From Selaginella moellendorffii (lineage: Eukaryota > Plantae > Lycopodiophyta): a stretch of DNA of 64,000 nt. Where the stretch lies: assembly GCF_000143415.4 (NCBI RefSeq), contig NW_003314302.1, positions 644,736 to 708,735 on the forward strand, in the 5' to 3' direction. The position numbers and the translations under genes were made by a program. The number at the start of each line of letters is the position of its first letter. Within the stretch, counting starts at the first letter, position 1. Positions 51,550-64,000 of this stretch are shown here, one piece after another. The notes beneath the pieces are model-generated. The model was not told where the DNA came from. It ran no database searches and saw only the letters and a list, made by a program, of their open reading frames with translations.

Positions 51550-52223
51550 TGTAGCGCATGTGATCATGGGATGAGATTTGGATATACTGTCACCGTGGAT
51601 CCTTGGAACCTTGGGGGATAAATGGGGATAAAATAGCCACTAAGGGCTCTCTCATCAAGCAATTGCCCCTTTTCCAGTTGGCTTAAGGGGAGAGAGATAA
51701 GGTGTGCTACAGTTGGTATCAGAGCAAATGGCACGGGTTCGATTCCCATTGATTAGTGGCTACTTAAAAATATAATATACCCTTGAGCAAGGTATATTCT
51801 TACCCCTAAATTTGAAATCGTACGTATTGAGCATCCATGCGTACGTCCTTCCTCTTGTGTGGAGTATCCACGGACGAAGGTATCCACCGTGGGACTGCGG
51901 TACGGGTGGATGACTAATTGCCTCACATGGAATAGCTGGTCTACACAATAGAAGGATTGGTAGATTGAGTGCAGAAATGGAGGTGCTGGTTCCCCTTGGC
52001 TCAATAGGGGTTGTTAGTCAATAGTCAATGAGGACATTAACATCTCTGAAGGGGGGGTGAGTGTAGCACATGTGATCATGGGATGAGATTTGGATATACT
52101 GTCACCATGGATCCTTGGAACCTTGGGGGATAAATGGGGATAAAATAGCCACTAAGGGCTCTCTCATCAAGCAATTGCCCCTTTTCCAGTTGGTTTAAGG
52201 GGAGAGAGATAAGGTGCGCTACA
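51550..52223 (+). mobile_element. Complete 674-bp TRIM (family C)
   Basis: LTRs 51550-51711 and 52062-52223; PBS TGGTATCAGAGC 51714-51725; PPT gaagggggggtgag; TSD gtagc/gcagc; no coding capacity. Confidence 0.95.
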
Positions 52224-55200
52224 GCAGCTTTATGTTCCTGAAGGTAATGCTCGAAGGTTGGTCCTGATGGCGTGCCATAATAGCCCGACTGCTGGTCACT
52301 TCGGCATTGCCAAGACCTATGAGCTAGTTGCACGGGACTTTTGGTGGCCTCACATGGATGACTACATCAAAGCTTTTGTTACCTCCTGTGACACTTGTGC
52401 CCGGAATAAGGTACTTCACCACCTTCCTTCAGGTTTGCTTCGTTCCCTCCCAGTCCCTTCAGGTCCTTGGGAATCCATCTCCATGGATTTCTTGAGTGAT
52501 CTTCCGAGTTCTTGAGGCTTCAACAACATTTTAGTCTTGGTGAATTGTTTCACAAAGATGGCTCACTTCCTGCCATGTACCAAGGAGTTTTTGGGCAAGG
52601 ACATGGCAAAACTGGTATTCAGGGAAATTTTCCGACTTCATGGGATTCCTGCAGATGTGGTTTCGGATCAGGGACCTCAGTTCATCTCTCATTTCTGGCA
52701 ACGGTTTTAGGCCATCCTCGATCCAAGAGTGGTGGAGCTTCATCAACCTATAGTATATATAGGTTAGCCTTGTTCCATTTCTTCACAATCTGAATCAATA
52801 CTAGTCTAAGGCCTTTTCTTTGTTTCCACTAGCTTTTCTCTTTGTCTTTTGCATTTTCCAATCTTGATCTTGTTGGGGGTCTTGACAAATTATGGCTCTG
52901 CAAACAATGTGTTTGTCAAGTCGTAAGTTGATTGTCGGAACATCATTGTCACAATTGCCTAGTTGAATCTCGGTTCAAAATGTGTCGACAGCTGTCTGTG
53001 TTAGGTTGAGTATGGGCAAGTCTGTCAGAACGTTATTCAGTGCAAATGTCATATTAGTGAGCTGTTTGGTGAGGTAGGTGCAATCTTCAGCAGTTGGGCG
53101 ACGGTGATATGGTTGCTGTTGAAGATTGTTGTCGTTGATGATTGGTTCGTCAACCTCATTGTTGTTGGATGATTGTAGCTGTTCATCAGCTTGGTGTGAG
53201 TTGTCAACTTCTTCGTCGAGTGCTTGACTATTGGACGATTCTAGTTGTTCGTCTTCATTGCTGTTGACTGGGTATGTCAGAGTGCAACCGTAGTGGGTGA
53301 AGTCAAGTTGTTATCTTGTCGGCACATTGAAGTCGAAAGCATGTTCGAAAAGTCTTGCTGATAGTGGGCTTTGATAGATGTTGGATGCAAATATCAGATC
53401 TATCAGTGCTGTGAAGATCGGTTGGTATGGCAAAAATGGTGCCAGTCTGGTGAAGTTTGTAAATCCGGATGGAAAACTCGGTCGTTTGTCGTCACCGTAG
53501 ATGGGGTTGGTGAATGTACCTTTGAACTGGTTGTATGCTGCTTGAAAAATGTTTTGTTGCTTGGGTGTAGTCTATGTTGACTGCTTGAATGTTTGGTTGG
53601 GCTTGGGCACTTCGGTGGGTGCTATCAAGAGTGTTGGTTCAAGCTCAGGCACTTCTGTGGGTGCTGTCAAGGGTGCTGGTGGTGGTGTGTCTGGTGGTGT
53701 TGTGTAGTTTTTGTATTCTTTACGGATGTCTGATAATAGTTCGTCAAAGTTAGCTCACAGTAATAATTTGTGTCGGATGTAATTCTCTCTTTTAGAGGGT
53801 TTGATAACTTGATTCAACTTTTCTTGGTCTTTCTTTCTCTTTGTTTCTAAATTCTTTAAATCTTTATCTAAATGTCAGATAAGCCATTGTTAGTCTTCTT
53901 CCGACTTGCTGGATTTTCTTCTTGGTTTTGGACACATGCATTCTTCTACTTATTGTCAGTGTCACACCCGTGTCTATAGATGAATTCAGTGTTGATCCAA
54001 AATGCTGAAACAGATTTAATTTCGTAAAGCAATCAAAAATAAAACAACTCTAATTGTCCTAGGGGTCCTAGAAATTCTTCTTCATGGAGAAGTATGCCAT
54101 TAGTCAATTGAATGAAGTAACTCTAGAGAAGGAGGTCTTGAGTCTGCTGTCGGATGAGTTCCTGAATGTTGTTGGGGAGTGTTCGAACTTGTTGGAGTAA
54201 TTGTGTCAAGTCAGTCATGCAGTTCTGTTAGAAATTTGGGAGACTGTCAGTGGGCTAATTGTCAATAAAGTCGTCAGGAATCAAGTAATGACAGATGTGG
54301 TCGACTTGTTTTTTGAGCTTGTTTTTTCTTTTCGGTGCAAATGTCAACAGTGGTGCATGTTGGGCTGGGTTGTGTCAGGTCAGGTTGAGCTGAGTCGGGT
54401 TGTGTTTAATTGAGTTGTGTTGGATCAAATTGGCTGGCACAGTATGCAGACTGGTCGTCCACTTGCCAGTGCCAAGATGGAGTTCATGAAGAGTTTGGGA
54501 TACTTGGGTTTGTCTAGAATGATTTCTTTGATAATGTCATTAAGTTTTTTGAGTCCAGATCGGGCGATGGCATGATTGGCGAGAGTTATTGTGGTGAACG
54601 TGTTGACTTTGAACTAAGTTCGGACTGTTGTTTTGGTGCTGAACTGCTGACTCCGTTGGAGGGGTTGCCAAAAAATTGGTGGTGCATTGTCGAGTTGTCC
54701 CTTGACAAGTTCTCCAACACTGGGTAATAGAGTGATGGGTTCATCTTTGGTGCAAGTCCAAAGGATGTGCTTCGATATTGGGAGTGGACACGGGAACTAG
54801 AATCATGTTAGAGCGCTGGGATTGCCGGGTTGATGATTGCTCAGAAGAGGGGTGTGTTTTGGCAGTGGTGTCGGTTTGTGTTGAGCATGCTGGTTGAGTT
54901 CTCGAGCTTGGAGTGTGTGTTCTTGTGCTTGGAGTTAGAGTTGGCCAATGAAGTTGCCGAGGGCATCTGCTGATGGAGGTGCTGGTCAACTGGAGTTTCT
55001 TTTTGAAGATGGTTGTTGGTGCAGAAACTCAATTTTTAGTTGAATTGTGTCGTGTTGGAGTTGTTGGAGGTCTTTATCGGTGATTGGACTTGGAGATCTT
55101 GAGAGAGAGCTTTCAGATTCTTCAAATATCTCCTCTAGGAAGTGTCTTCCTCTACTGCGTTGGGCAGCGACCACTCAACTCAGACGCCATTGATTCATGT

Positions 55201-57249
55201 TGGTGGTGGCATTTGCTTGTCGAATCTGGGTGAATTTTGGTGAGTTGGGTAGATTTCTTGATCTTTCTTGCTATCTGTGCATAGAGAATGGAAAAAGAAC
55301 TAAAGAATTTGTGAACCTGAAGGGGAATTCAGAGGCCGTGGTTGCCAAATGAAGAGGTGTGGATACTCCTCTTCGCTAGATATCTACTGCTAATGAGAAA
55401 ACAAAGGGGGAAAGGGCCTGATCTCCAAGGGCTGAGAAGGAAAAATGAGTGAATGAGTGCTGTGTATTGACATGAAAACAATGAATGGAGATAAGGATCC
55501 ACAACTCTGAATTGCCCCCTTAGAAGACTAGTGGTTCTAATTGCCAACATATGCTAATAAATGGTATATGCTGTGTATGATCAAATCTATGGCTCCAATG
55601 CAGCTCTGGGTTCAAGGTTAGAATCCCTTGAGCCTGGGTTTTTCATTGATACACCTACATTGTAGTGCTTGCATGGCAGCTTCCTACTTGTAGCAAGCTT
55701 GGACATTGTCCTAGAATGCCTGAGTTGATTGGGTATCTCTTGAAGGTGCATCACAGCTTCAAGCATCTCTTTTGCTTTGAAACGCCCTGGACAGGTGAGT
55801 GTAATCCTGCTGTGATAGTGCAGAGATGCATTGGAACATGTCAACAAGCACGAGGTGATACGGTCTTATATGCGTCAATCCTGACGAGCAAAGAGGAGCA
55901 AAGGGGCTTCTTATGATTGCACAGCACTAACCTTGATGTACAAAAGATCAGCAGCATTTCTTTTTTCATGAGACCTCCATAAAATTTGTTCTCTGTGCCC
56001 AATGGATCCCTCAGTCCACCATATGCTGACAAAAGGCTCCACTGCATTGAACGTCCCCATGTGATATGCCATAGGCTCAGACATTGGCAACTTTGCTATA
56101 GCCCCGCTTGCGGCTGCACTTGCTCCATTTTGATAGGGCTAGATCTTTTAATTTCTGGTTGCATTCGTAGAGAACCCAGATGATCCAGTATGTTCTCTTT
56201 GACTTGATGTCTTTTTCTATACAATGGAGTTTTCATTAAAATTCCTTTTGTTTAAAGTTCCCATTCTTTCTAAAATGCCTAATCTTCATGTAGGAAAGCC
56301 TTTGTCAAGAAACTAGGCTGGGGAATGCGATAAAACATCACCACTGTTGATAGTCTAGAGAAAGTTTCCTTTGGACTAAGTTGGATTTGCTGGCTTACGA
56401 ACAGATCACTACGAGCTCATCATGTTTCTAAGAAATCACTCTAGAAATTCGACAGGTTTCCAATCGAGGCAAGATTGCAATCCATTTGATTTTCAAATGT
56501 CGTGTCTTACTGCTAGAAAGCACTTCTTTGGTTTTAACATCTATAGATGAGATTTACAGTTTGGAAATCCTTTTGCTTGTGAGACCAAGCAGCTCCATCA
56601 CCTCTCTTAAAATCGTCAAGTTTTCTTCTTCATCGCCCACCTCATGGTTTGCCTTCCAGGCCACTTCCTCAAAGAGCAAAGAGAGCTCCTCCTCCTCTCG
56701 CATGAACTCCTCATTCATGGAACTCGTCCTTCCACTCCCAGAAACGCGCTCCCAGCCTTCCTCATCATCATTAGCTACTCGTGACTCCACTTCGCTGAAG
56801 AGCTTGTAGAGCAGCTCTTCCTCTTGCAAATACCAGGCTCTCTCTTTGCACGATTCGTTTGCTGCCCATGTGAAGTCCATCTTCACTCCTTCATTCATCC
56901 GCGGCTGATCTCCAAGCATCTCTACACCACACCCAACTTCTCTTGAAAGTCTAGTTAGCCCTTAACCTAATCTCATTATATACTGCTAAGACACCTTTTC
57001 CTAGATGATAATATTCTTTCTACCTTCTCCTTTACAAATATACTTGTGTTTAGTATAAGTTTTTTTGTAGCGATGGAGATGGTGCCAAGAAACTGACATT
57101 ATATCTAAAATCAATCAAAGAGGTTCATTACTACTTCCTCCTCATCGATATCATCCTCATCACTTCTCCAAGAATACCAAGGAAAACTCTGAACCACCTG
57201 TGGAGGTGAGTCCGGCATTACTTTACAGAGTTTTGTTACCGGAGCGTCC

Positions 57250-57960
57250 AAAAGCAGCGATTGTGGCAGTTCAAGCCGTGACATTTCTTGCTGCAAGGTA
57301 TTAAGCTTTGCTTGCTCGACATCCCTGGCTAGGGCACATACTGTCAGCATTGAGTTTACCGTGATTGTAGCCAGTTCTGGCATAGTTTCAAACACACAGC
57401 TTGACTCGATTGAGACAAGAGCAAGTCCATGAAACCACGTTAGTTTTGGCTTGTGAACACCATTTTGGGCAAAGAATACTCAAGACGTTTTTGCAATAGT
57501 TTAAATTACCACTATCTTCCATTTGACATGCTTCTAACTCACTTATATCAACCATAGGTGGCGAGCAAGGAATTATGTATGCCATGAGGTTCTGCACGGG
57601 CATATCCATGGACATCACTAGCGCCATATCTACATCGTCGCACAAGAATCCACGTTTGGGCATATTGTCTTTGTTCGTTCAAGCTGTATGTCTTTGACAA
57701 AATGGCCGAGCACAGTGTCTTGAAATTATCTTTGTGTTTCATGAAAAAGTGCCAACTCGGCATGCACTGCGTTAATTCTTTCATTTCCACCAGATACCCT
57801 GAATTGGCATATGCAAGAAGTATCACATTCCAAGCCACCACATTTGTTGGCATCGCGCCAAACAAGAGCATTGCACCCATTGAGGCATAATGCAGCGAGG
57901 ACGGCAGGCAAATGGGACCAAAGACTGCCCGAATGTCAATGCATTCATCGTAGGATCATA
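57250..57960 (-). pseudogene. PLS-type PPR gene fragments
   Basis: FGAMPTNVVAWNVILLAYANSG; FETMPE..VNSMLTVCA; NVVSW. Frameshifted. Confidence 0.75.
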
Positions 57961-58827
57961 CAGGAACTTCTTGTGCTACAGTGCCTGGTCCAGGAAATGC
58001 AACCTTGGATGCGTGTGGCCTCCAACATTTCACTATTTGTGGGGTGAAGTATGGCTCAGATGCACACCATTTCTTTGGTTAAATGCAAGTAGTAGGTAGA
58101 TTTTAGATGGGGATGATCCAAACTTGGAGTTGAGCTCACGAATTGAGCTTAATTCAGCTCAAATCAATGCTAGTCAACATAATCAACCATAAGTTTTATA
58201 AGGAAATGTTAAGTCAGAAAAATGTTATTCTTTGGTGAACTTGAAATTTATGAATTTAATTATCAATGGTTCAGAGAAATTTTTATTTTTTGAATCTTTA
58301 TAATGCAATTTATACAATAAAATACTGTTTCTAGAATTAGAAGTTCATTTGAACCCATAGAATTTTTTAGGCTTTATTGGTCCCAAATAAAAATGGGAAT
58401 ATTAAAGTTCGAATAAACTTCAAATTTCTATTGTACATTTCAACATTTTGATATTTTAACAATTGACCAAAAATATATAAATAATTTGAAAACTGATTCA
58501 CTTATTCATTCTTTAGGGTTTACATAGATGGGAAACAAGGAAGACAAAAAATCTGTAAGTAGTTTTAGCATACAGAAATGTAAAAATGTTAATTTTATTT
58601 CACTACCACAATTTTCATATTACACGCTTGGTCCTTATTACTCATCTGGGAATGTGGAGACCACTATCAATATTGATAAAAATGCTCATGTTACTTCCGA
58701 AACAACAATCCAGAGCAAAAGAAAAGAAGAAATAGACAGCACAATGGAAAGCACTAATAAATCCATTCTATAAAGTTTTCAATGGCTTTTGTAATCCACT
58801 AAATTTTTTTTTAAAAAACAGTAAATT

Positions 58828-59321
<494 letters not shown>

Positions 59322-59719
59322 CTTTTGATATGTTTTATTTTTGCAAAGAGTATAAGTGTGTAATATATGATATGGACAAATCAAAGAGCTAAATATATAT
59401 ATGATTTTGAGATTGAAAAGTAATCTTGTAGAAAGGCATACTTGCGTGTCCATGTGCATTTGCCATTATTTTATATGGCAGGCCAGCTATATAAAATAAG
59501 GTTACGTATTATATATATGCTAGTTTTTAGCTTCTAGAACCCTAAAGCCACTTGTCTCTTATAGTAGGTTGTAATTACTAAGACTGACAATTATGATTCA
59601 ATATATTGTCATATTATAATAAAACATCATTCCTGAGATTAAAATATAGTATATTAATTAAAGAATTTTTATTGTTGGGAAATTTAATTTTTCTTGTATG
59701 TTGCAATGGTTAAGAAAAA

Positions 59720-61069
59720 GTTTACTTTCAGTCCCGAAGGCTTCTCATATGAGTTTCCATCTCCACTTCCAATCTCAATTAATAATCCACCTTCACCTTT
59801 ACGCAACAATCCTCTTTTTCATTTTGAGGGCTATTGTGAGGCTTTTCCATTTGCGACCTTGAGTGCAATTGAATAAGAATTCTTTCTTTTTAATGTTGTT
59901 AAAAGAATTGGATTGCCTCCAATGCTCCAAGAGTAATGTTAACATTTTCTTCAAGATCTTGCTCCAAATATGGCAGGAGAGCTTGATGTAGATACATGTT
60001 ATCTTCGGTGTCATATATGCAACTTTTATTTAAATAAAATAGATGGTTGGATGGGTTTGGTAAATTTTATTGAGCATTGTCACAAATGCTCAAGAGTGGA
60101 TTTGGAAGCTATGCATGCATGAATGTATAAGAAAATCAAGAAAGAATTAAAAACATACAGCTATTATGATTTTATGGTGGAGAACAATATTCCATTAGTG
60201 AACATTACATCAGTGAGTGCTAAATATAGGATATTTAGGCTACCCTTTAATGTAATGTGAAAGTCATGTATAATTTTTTCAAAAGTTTAATTTTTTATGA
60301 GTAAAGTGGAGAATCTTATATTTTTGAGAATGATAGTATTCTAGCATGTATAAAGACATTATTATATATATATAAGTGGTTCTAATACTGTTATAATTCT
60401 GAAGTCCCATTTTTGAGACTGATAATTTAAATTTTCAAGAACCTCTAGATCTTTTTTTAGTATAAATACCGACAAGGGATGCTTTCAACATTGAAATTTA
60501 AATTTTTTTAGAGTGTAAGAATGGCTAGAGAGAATGTTATTGCTACTCACACTTGGCACCCATGCATTTCATATAAGTCTTCACCTCCATCTCCAACTTC
60601 TACCAACATTTCACCCTTCCCTCCACACAACAATTGTTATGAGGCTTTTCCTTTTGTAGTCCTAAGTGTGACTAAACAAGAGATCCTTCTTCTAGATAAT
60701 GTTCAAGATATTGTTATTAAAAATAGATTGCCCCATGTGCTTCAAGAGTGATGCCAGATGTTTCTTCAAAATCTTACTTTAGATATGGTTGAAACTTTTG
60801 AAAGAACGAACACATATTATCTTTAGTGTCCCATCTGCCACTTTTATTTAGATAAAATGGAAGGTTGTATGGGTCTAGAAACTTTTCTAAAACATTGTCA
60901 CAATTGCCCAAAAACTGGTGTGGAAGGTGTGTATAAATGGATATATAAAAAAATCAAGAAAGAGTTAAGAACATACAACTATTATTGCTTTATGGTGAAG
61001 AACAATATTCCATTAGTAAATACTACATCCACAAGTGATGAATATGGTATTTTTAGGCTATCCTACTAA
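59720..61069 (+). pseudogene. Two tandem decayed copies of an about 180-codon Zn-finger-like ORF (59720-60250; 60521-61069)
   Basis: Track ORFs 60521 and 60857 share a frame, separated by two stops. CPIC-x17-HCHNC versus CHIC-x17-HCHKC. A 5' fragment also occurs at 123-232. Confidence 0.65.
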
Positions 61070-61299
61070 GCCACTCACTGTCACTATCTTTGATATTGAC
61101 ACTATCATTGTCACTATCATTATCACATTGATATGTGACACATTTTTCTCATTGCAAGTGGATGTATTCAATTGTCTTTTAATGTATCATTAATAAATAG
61201 ATTTTTCATACCACTCCTTAATTTACACATTGCATATGTTATGCCATGCATACCTAGGAAGAGAAAACTAAATATATATTGCATATAACTTTTTAAAAC

Positions 61300-64000
61300 A
61301 TCATAAATTACCTCCTAGAAGCAACTAATAGAAAAGGACAAAAACCTCTAAGATGGTGTTTGAAAAACTCATATTCTTCAATTGCAAACACTAATCTACT
61401 AGAGTTATGTGTTGCCTTGACCATCGAACCACTACTTGCTATGCAATTGATGACAACACCCCTATTGGGCAATAAAGCTCAAGTAGGATATGCATCACTA
61501 ATAGAGATTGGAACTTATACCTAGACAATATGTTGCGGAAGTCGTTGTCTATGAGATTTAGTATGATGTCAGTAAAGTTATCATACCCTGGCAAAACCCG
61601 TGTAGCACACTCGCTATCACGAAAACCCTCATTTTCTCTTTTGCAGAACATAGGGTAAGTCCACATCATAACCTGAATAATAAGACTTTAGAGACAACTA
61701 AAACAGAAGATGATTTCTTACCTTCTTTGGCATGCCTAGGATGCCTTTGGTCTCGATCCCAACACTATCCATGATGCACCTGGAAGAGAGCCTCTTGAAG
61801 TTGATTTAAGTGCATACCTTATAAGGCAAGACATCCAATGGGGGTCATTTGGGAGAACGAAGGCAACTTGACTGGTTGTGTGAAGGAGAATTGCTACCAA
61901 AAGGAATGCATCCTTCTAGTGGTCTTTAGTCAGGATGTTCTAGCTTGGGACATCACTATTAGTGTTTGGAAGACCATCTGGTATGTCAAAAAGCATGAAG
62001 TTTGTGCTCTTGAGCAATTGCCTATGGATCTTCTGATAAAAGCACTCCCACTTTTGCCAGATAACTATATTCTCAGCATCCTCCTCGAAAGATGCTATCA
62101 ATGAAATGTAAGAGCCAATAAAGATCCCAACTTCACCATACTAGAGAAACAAGGTGAACTAGGGGGAGAAGACAAAGGTAAGATGTCAACTTAAGAAAAA
62201 TATATACCGTCATGTGGCGTGTGGTAGATATAAGTTCCTCTAAATCCTCTTTTCAAGCATCAAGATGAGTTTGAATGAAGTTACTCCCAGCAATTTTTGC
62301 TGCAGCCATTTTGAGGAACTAAGAATAGAAGAGAATTAAGAGAAATATACCTCAAGAAGTTCCTTGGTTACAGGCATGTCTTCGACAATCATCATCATTG
62401 TTAACTAATTCCTCCAGATGTGAATTTGCATGCTTTCGTCGAAGTAGAACTTCTTGTACGTTCTGGTTTTCTTGCTCCATTTTGTCCTAAGGAATTTCTT
62501 GCAAGTTGTTCTCACCACCATCTTCACTCTCCTCATTATTAGCACCAATAGTGTTGACATTCTCATGGCCATCATCTTCATCATCTGGCACGTCTTCATT
62601 GTTGCCTCTTGCAGCCTCTCGACAAGTTGGTGCATAATCTGGCATCTTCAATTCCCAAGGACAAACTTATTTTATTGCTGCTGAAAACTTCATTGTTGTC
62701 AGTACATGCCTCCATCTCTCATACCATACCTCAGGAGTCATTTGCATACCGGTGTTTCAAGAGGAATGCCTCTATATTGGAGATACTTATAATATAATAT
62801 AAACAAATTGAGTATAGTTGAGAAATTGTATGTTATTTAAAAGTTGCTTGCCCCATGAAGTAGGGTTGGCCAAGTTGTTTATCTAATGGAGTCATGCTTA
62901 TGGCCTTCTTTGGCAGCTAGTCCTTTCCGAGTTTTGTAAGCTCAGTGGTGATGAAGTCTTTGAATGGAAGTTGTTCAAGATCATCCCTTATGAAAGGTGC
63001 CAGAAACATCTCCCCTTCATATATAGTTTGTGAAATATAAATAGTCCTCCTCATCACAGTCTCCATCATATTGTCCAAACCTTTTTCTGCTATTAAGGTC
63101 ATTTAGAATGTGTATCTGTTCCTCATATGTAAACTTTGACTTTGAGATGTTGTAAATAATCTCATCTAGAGTCTTGCTCACTAAGAAACAGCTTTTGTGA
63201 GTAACCTTCAAGTAAACGTAGATAATACTTACTTTCATAACAAGCAATCTTTATTATGATATCAAACCACTCTTTCTAGTGTCCTTACCACATCTTTACT
63301 TTTGTTTTCTTTGTGATGTTGATTTTCTTGTCAATTGTAGCTAAATGCTCTAAGAGTTTTTGATCATTTTCAGCTTGATGTGACTGTGCATATGCATCTT
63401 GCCTAACCTTCACCAATGGCTGAAGACAACACAAACATTCTATGACAAGAAGTATACTTGGAAGAACATACCTTACTCCATATGGGTGTCATAAAAGCCA
63501 TTGGATTCTTGTACCAACTATTGGCATCTTAACGACCTCGTTGATGCCGAATAAGTGATGCTAAATCATCACTATAGTGGCTGTGGACTGCATCCTCGTC
63601 GAGATTGGCAAGAAACCAGATCTGCTTGATCATATACTAGGCTTTGCTTCTGCACTGCAAACTGTCCCAACCTGCAAAATAAAAATTGTTAAAAGTGATT
63701 GAAGAAGGAGAGGTATTTACGCATAAATTTTGTGGCAAGCTATCACAAGCCTTGCCATATTTAGAGATCCTCTCACATGTACATGTCCTACTAAAACATT
63801 GATGTGATAGACAGGATTGTCTCGAAAGCATTCATTGATGCACTTCATCCACGCATACCAGCAATGATTCTTGTTGATAATGTAGAATATTTTCCCCACA
63901 AATTGTTGAGTCTCAGGATGGCTCATAAGCATATTGTCAAATTCGCGAGACAAAAACAGAGAACATACCTATGTTTGTCCCAAGGCCATTCTGTTTGTAC
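61300..64000 (-). pseudogene. Decayed ParB/Srx-like + beta-class N4C/N6A DNA methyltransferase gene, 5' end outside the window
   Basis: FYIINKNHCW (decayed DGNHR) at 63861-63875; FMLFDIPDG at 61973-61999; LLELYCPIG-GVVINCIASSGS.VKA..SSR.VFAIE at 61375-61490; intron 61673-61721. Confidence 0.7.

Larger units (their letters stand above)
47617..52887 (+). mobile_element. Ty3/gypsy element B (Tf1/Tcn1-like), 5' LTR 47617-47977, partial 3' LTR about 52706-52887, TSD AATTA
   Basis: TGTCA..TGACA termini. AATTA at 47612-47616 and 52888-52892. Gag 48185, PR LLDSGA, RT YLDD, RH ADASD, INT GHFG..CDTC. Confidence 0.95.
45974..55549 (-). mobile_element. Ty3/gypsy element A (5' LTR 55350-55549, truncated 3' LTR 45974-46080), host of nested insertions
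   Basis: Shared tgaagaggtgtggatactcc LTR sequence. PBS rc TGGCAACCACGG. RT 46098-46877 (MPFGLCNAP, FMDD). Protease remnant 47341-47613. Confidence 0.9.

Noticed and set aside
51700-51750. tRNA gene
   Set aside because: A/B-box-like motifs are present but there is no cloverleaf, and the site overlaps the LTR end and PBS.

Overview
Eukaryotic plant genomic DNA, most likely a Selaginella-type lycophyte. This is inferred from the 49-63 nt introns, compact genes and PLS-PPR remnants. There are two N gaps. (i) 1-23.7 kb is AT-rich retroelement debris. It is dominated by about ten copies of a 5S-rRNA-containing TRIM (Cassandra-type) and holds one intronless bulb-lectin ORF. (ii) 23.9-29 kb holds TFIIE-beta, an RRP8 pseudogene with a micro-inversion, and an intact two-exon Crinkler-like gene (ubiquitin-like header, PD-(D/E)xK nuclease, kinase). 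(iii) 29.8-35.2 kb is a decayed full-length Ty3/gypsy. (iv) 36.9-44.1 kb is a cell-surface gene cluster that the ORF track fragments: a secreted 8-Cys peptide, a malectin-LRR receptor kinase, a Frizzled/Mid1-like CRD type-I membrane protein and a PLAT protein. (v) 46-55.5 kb is a three-level LTR nest with a probable self-priming gypsy and a second TRIM. (vi) 56-64 kb holds PPR remnants, a TA microsatellite, duplicated Zn-finger ORFs and a decayed intron-containing ParB/Srx + N4C/N6A DNA methyltransferase gene. All calls come from manual reading and translation; no database searches were run.
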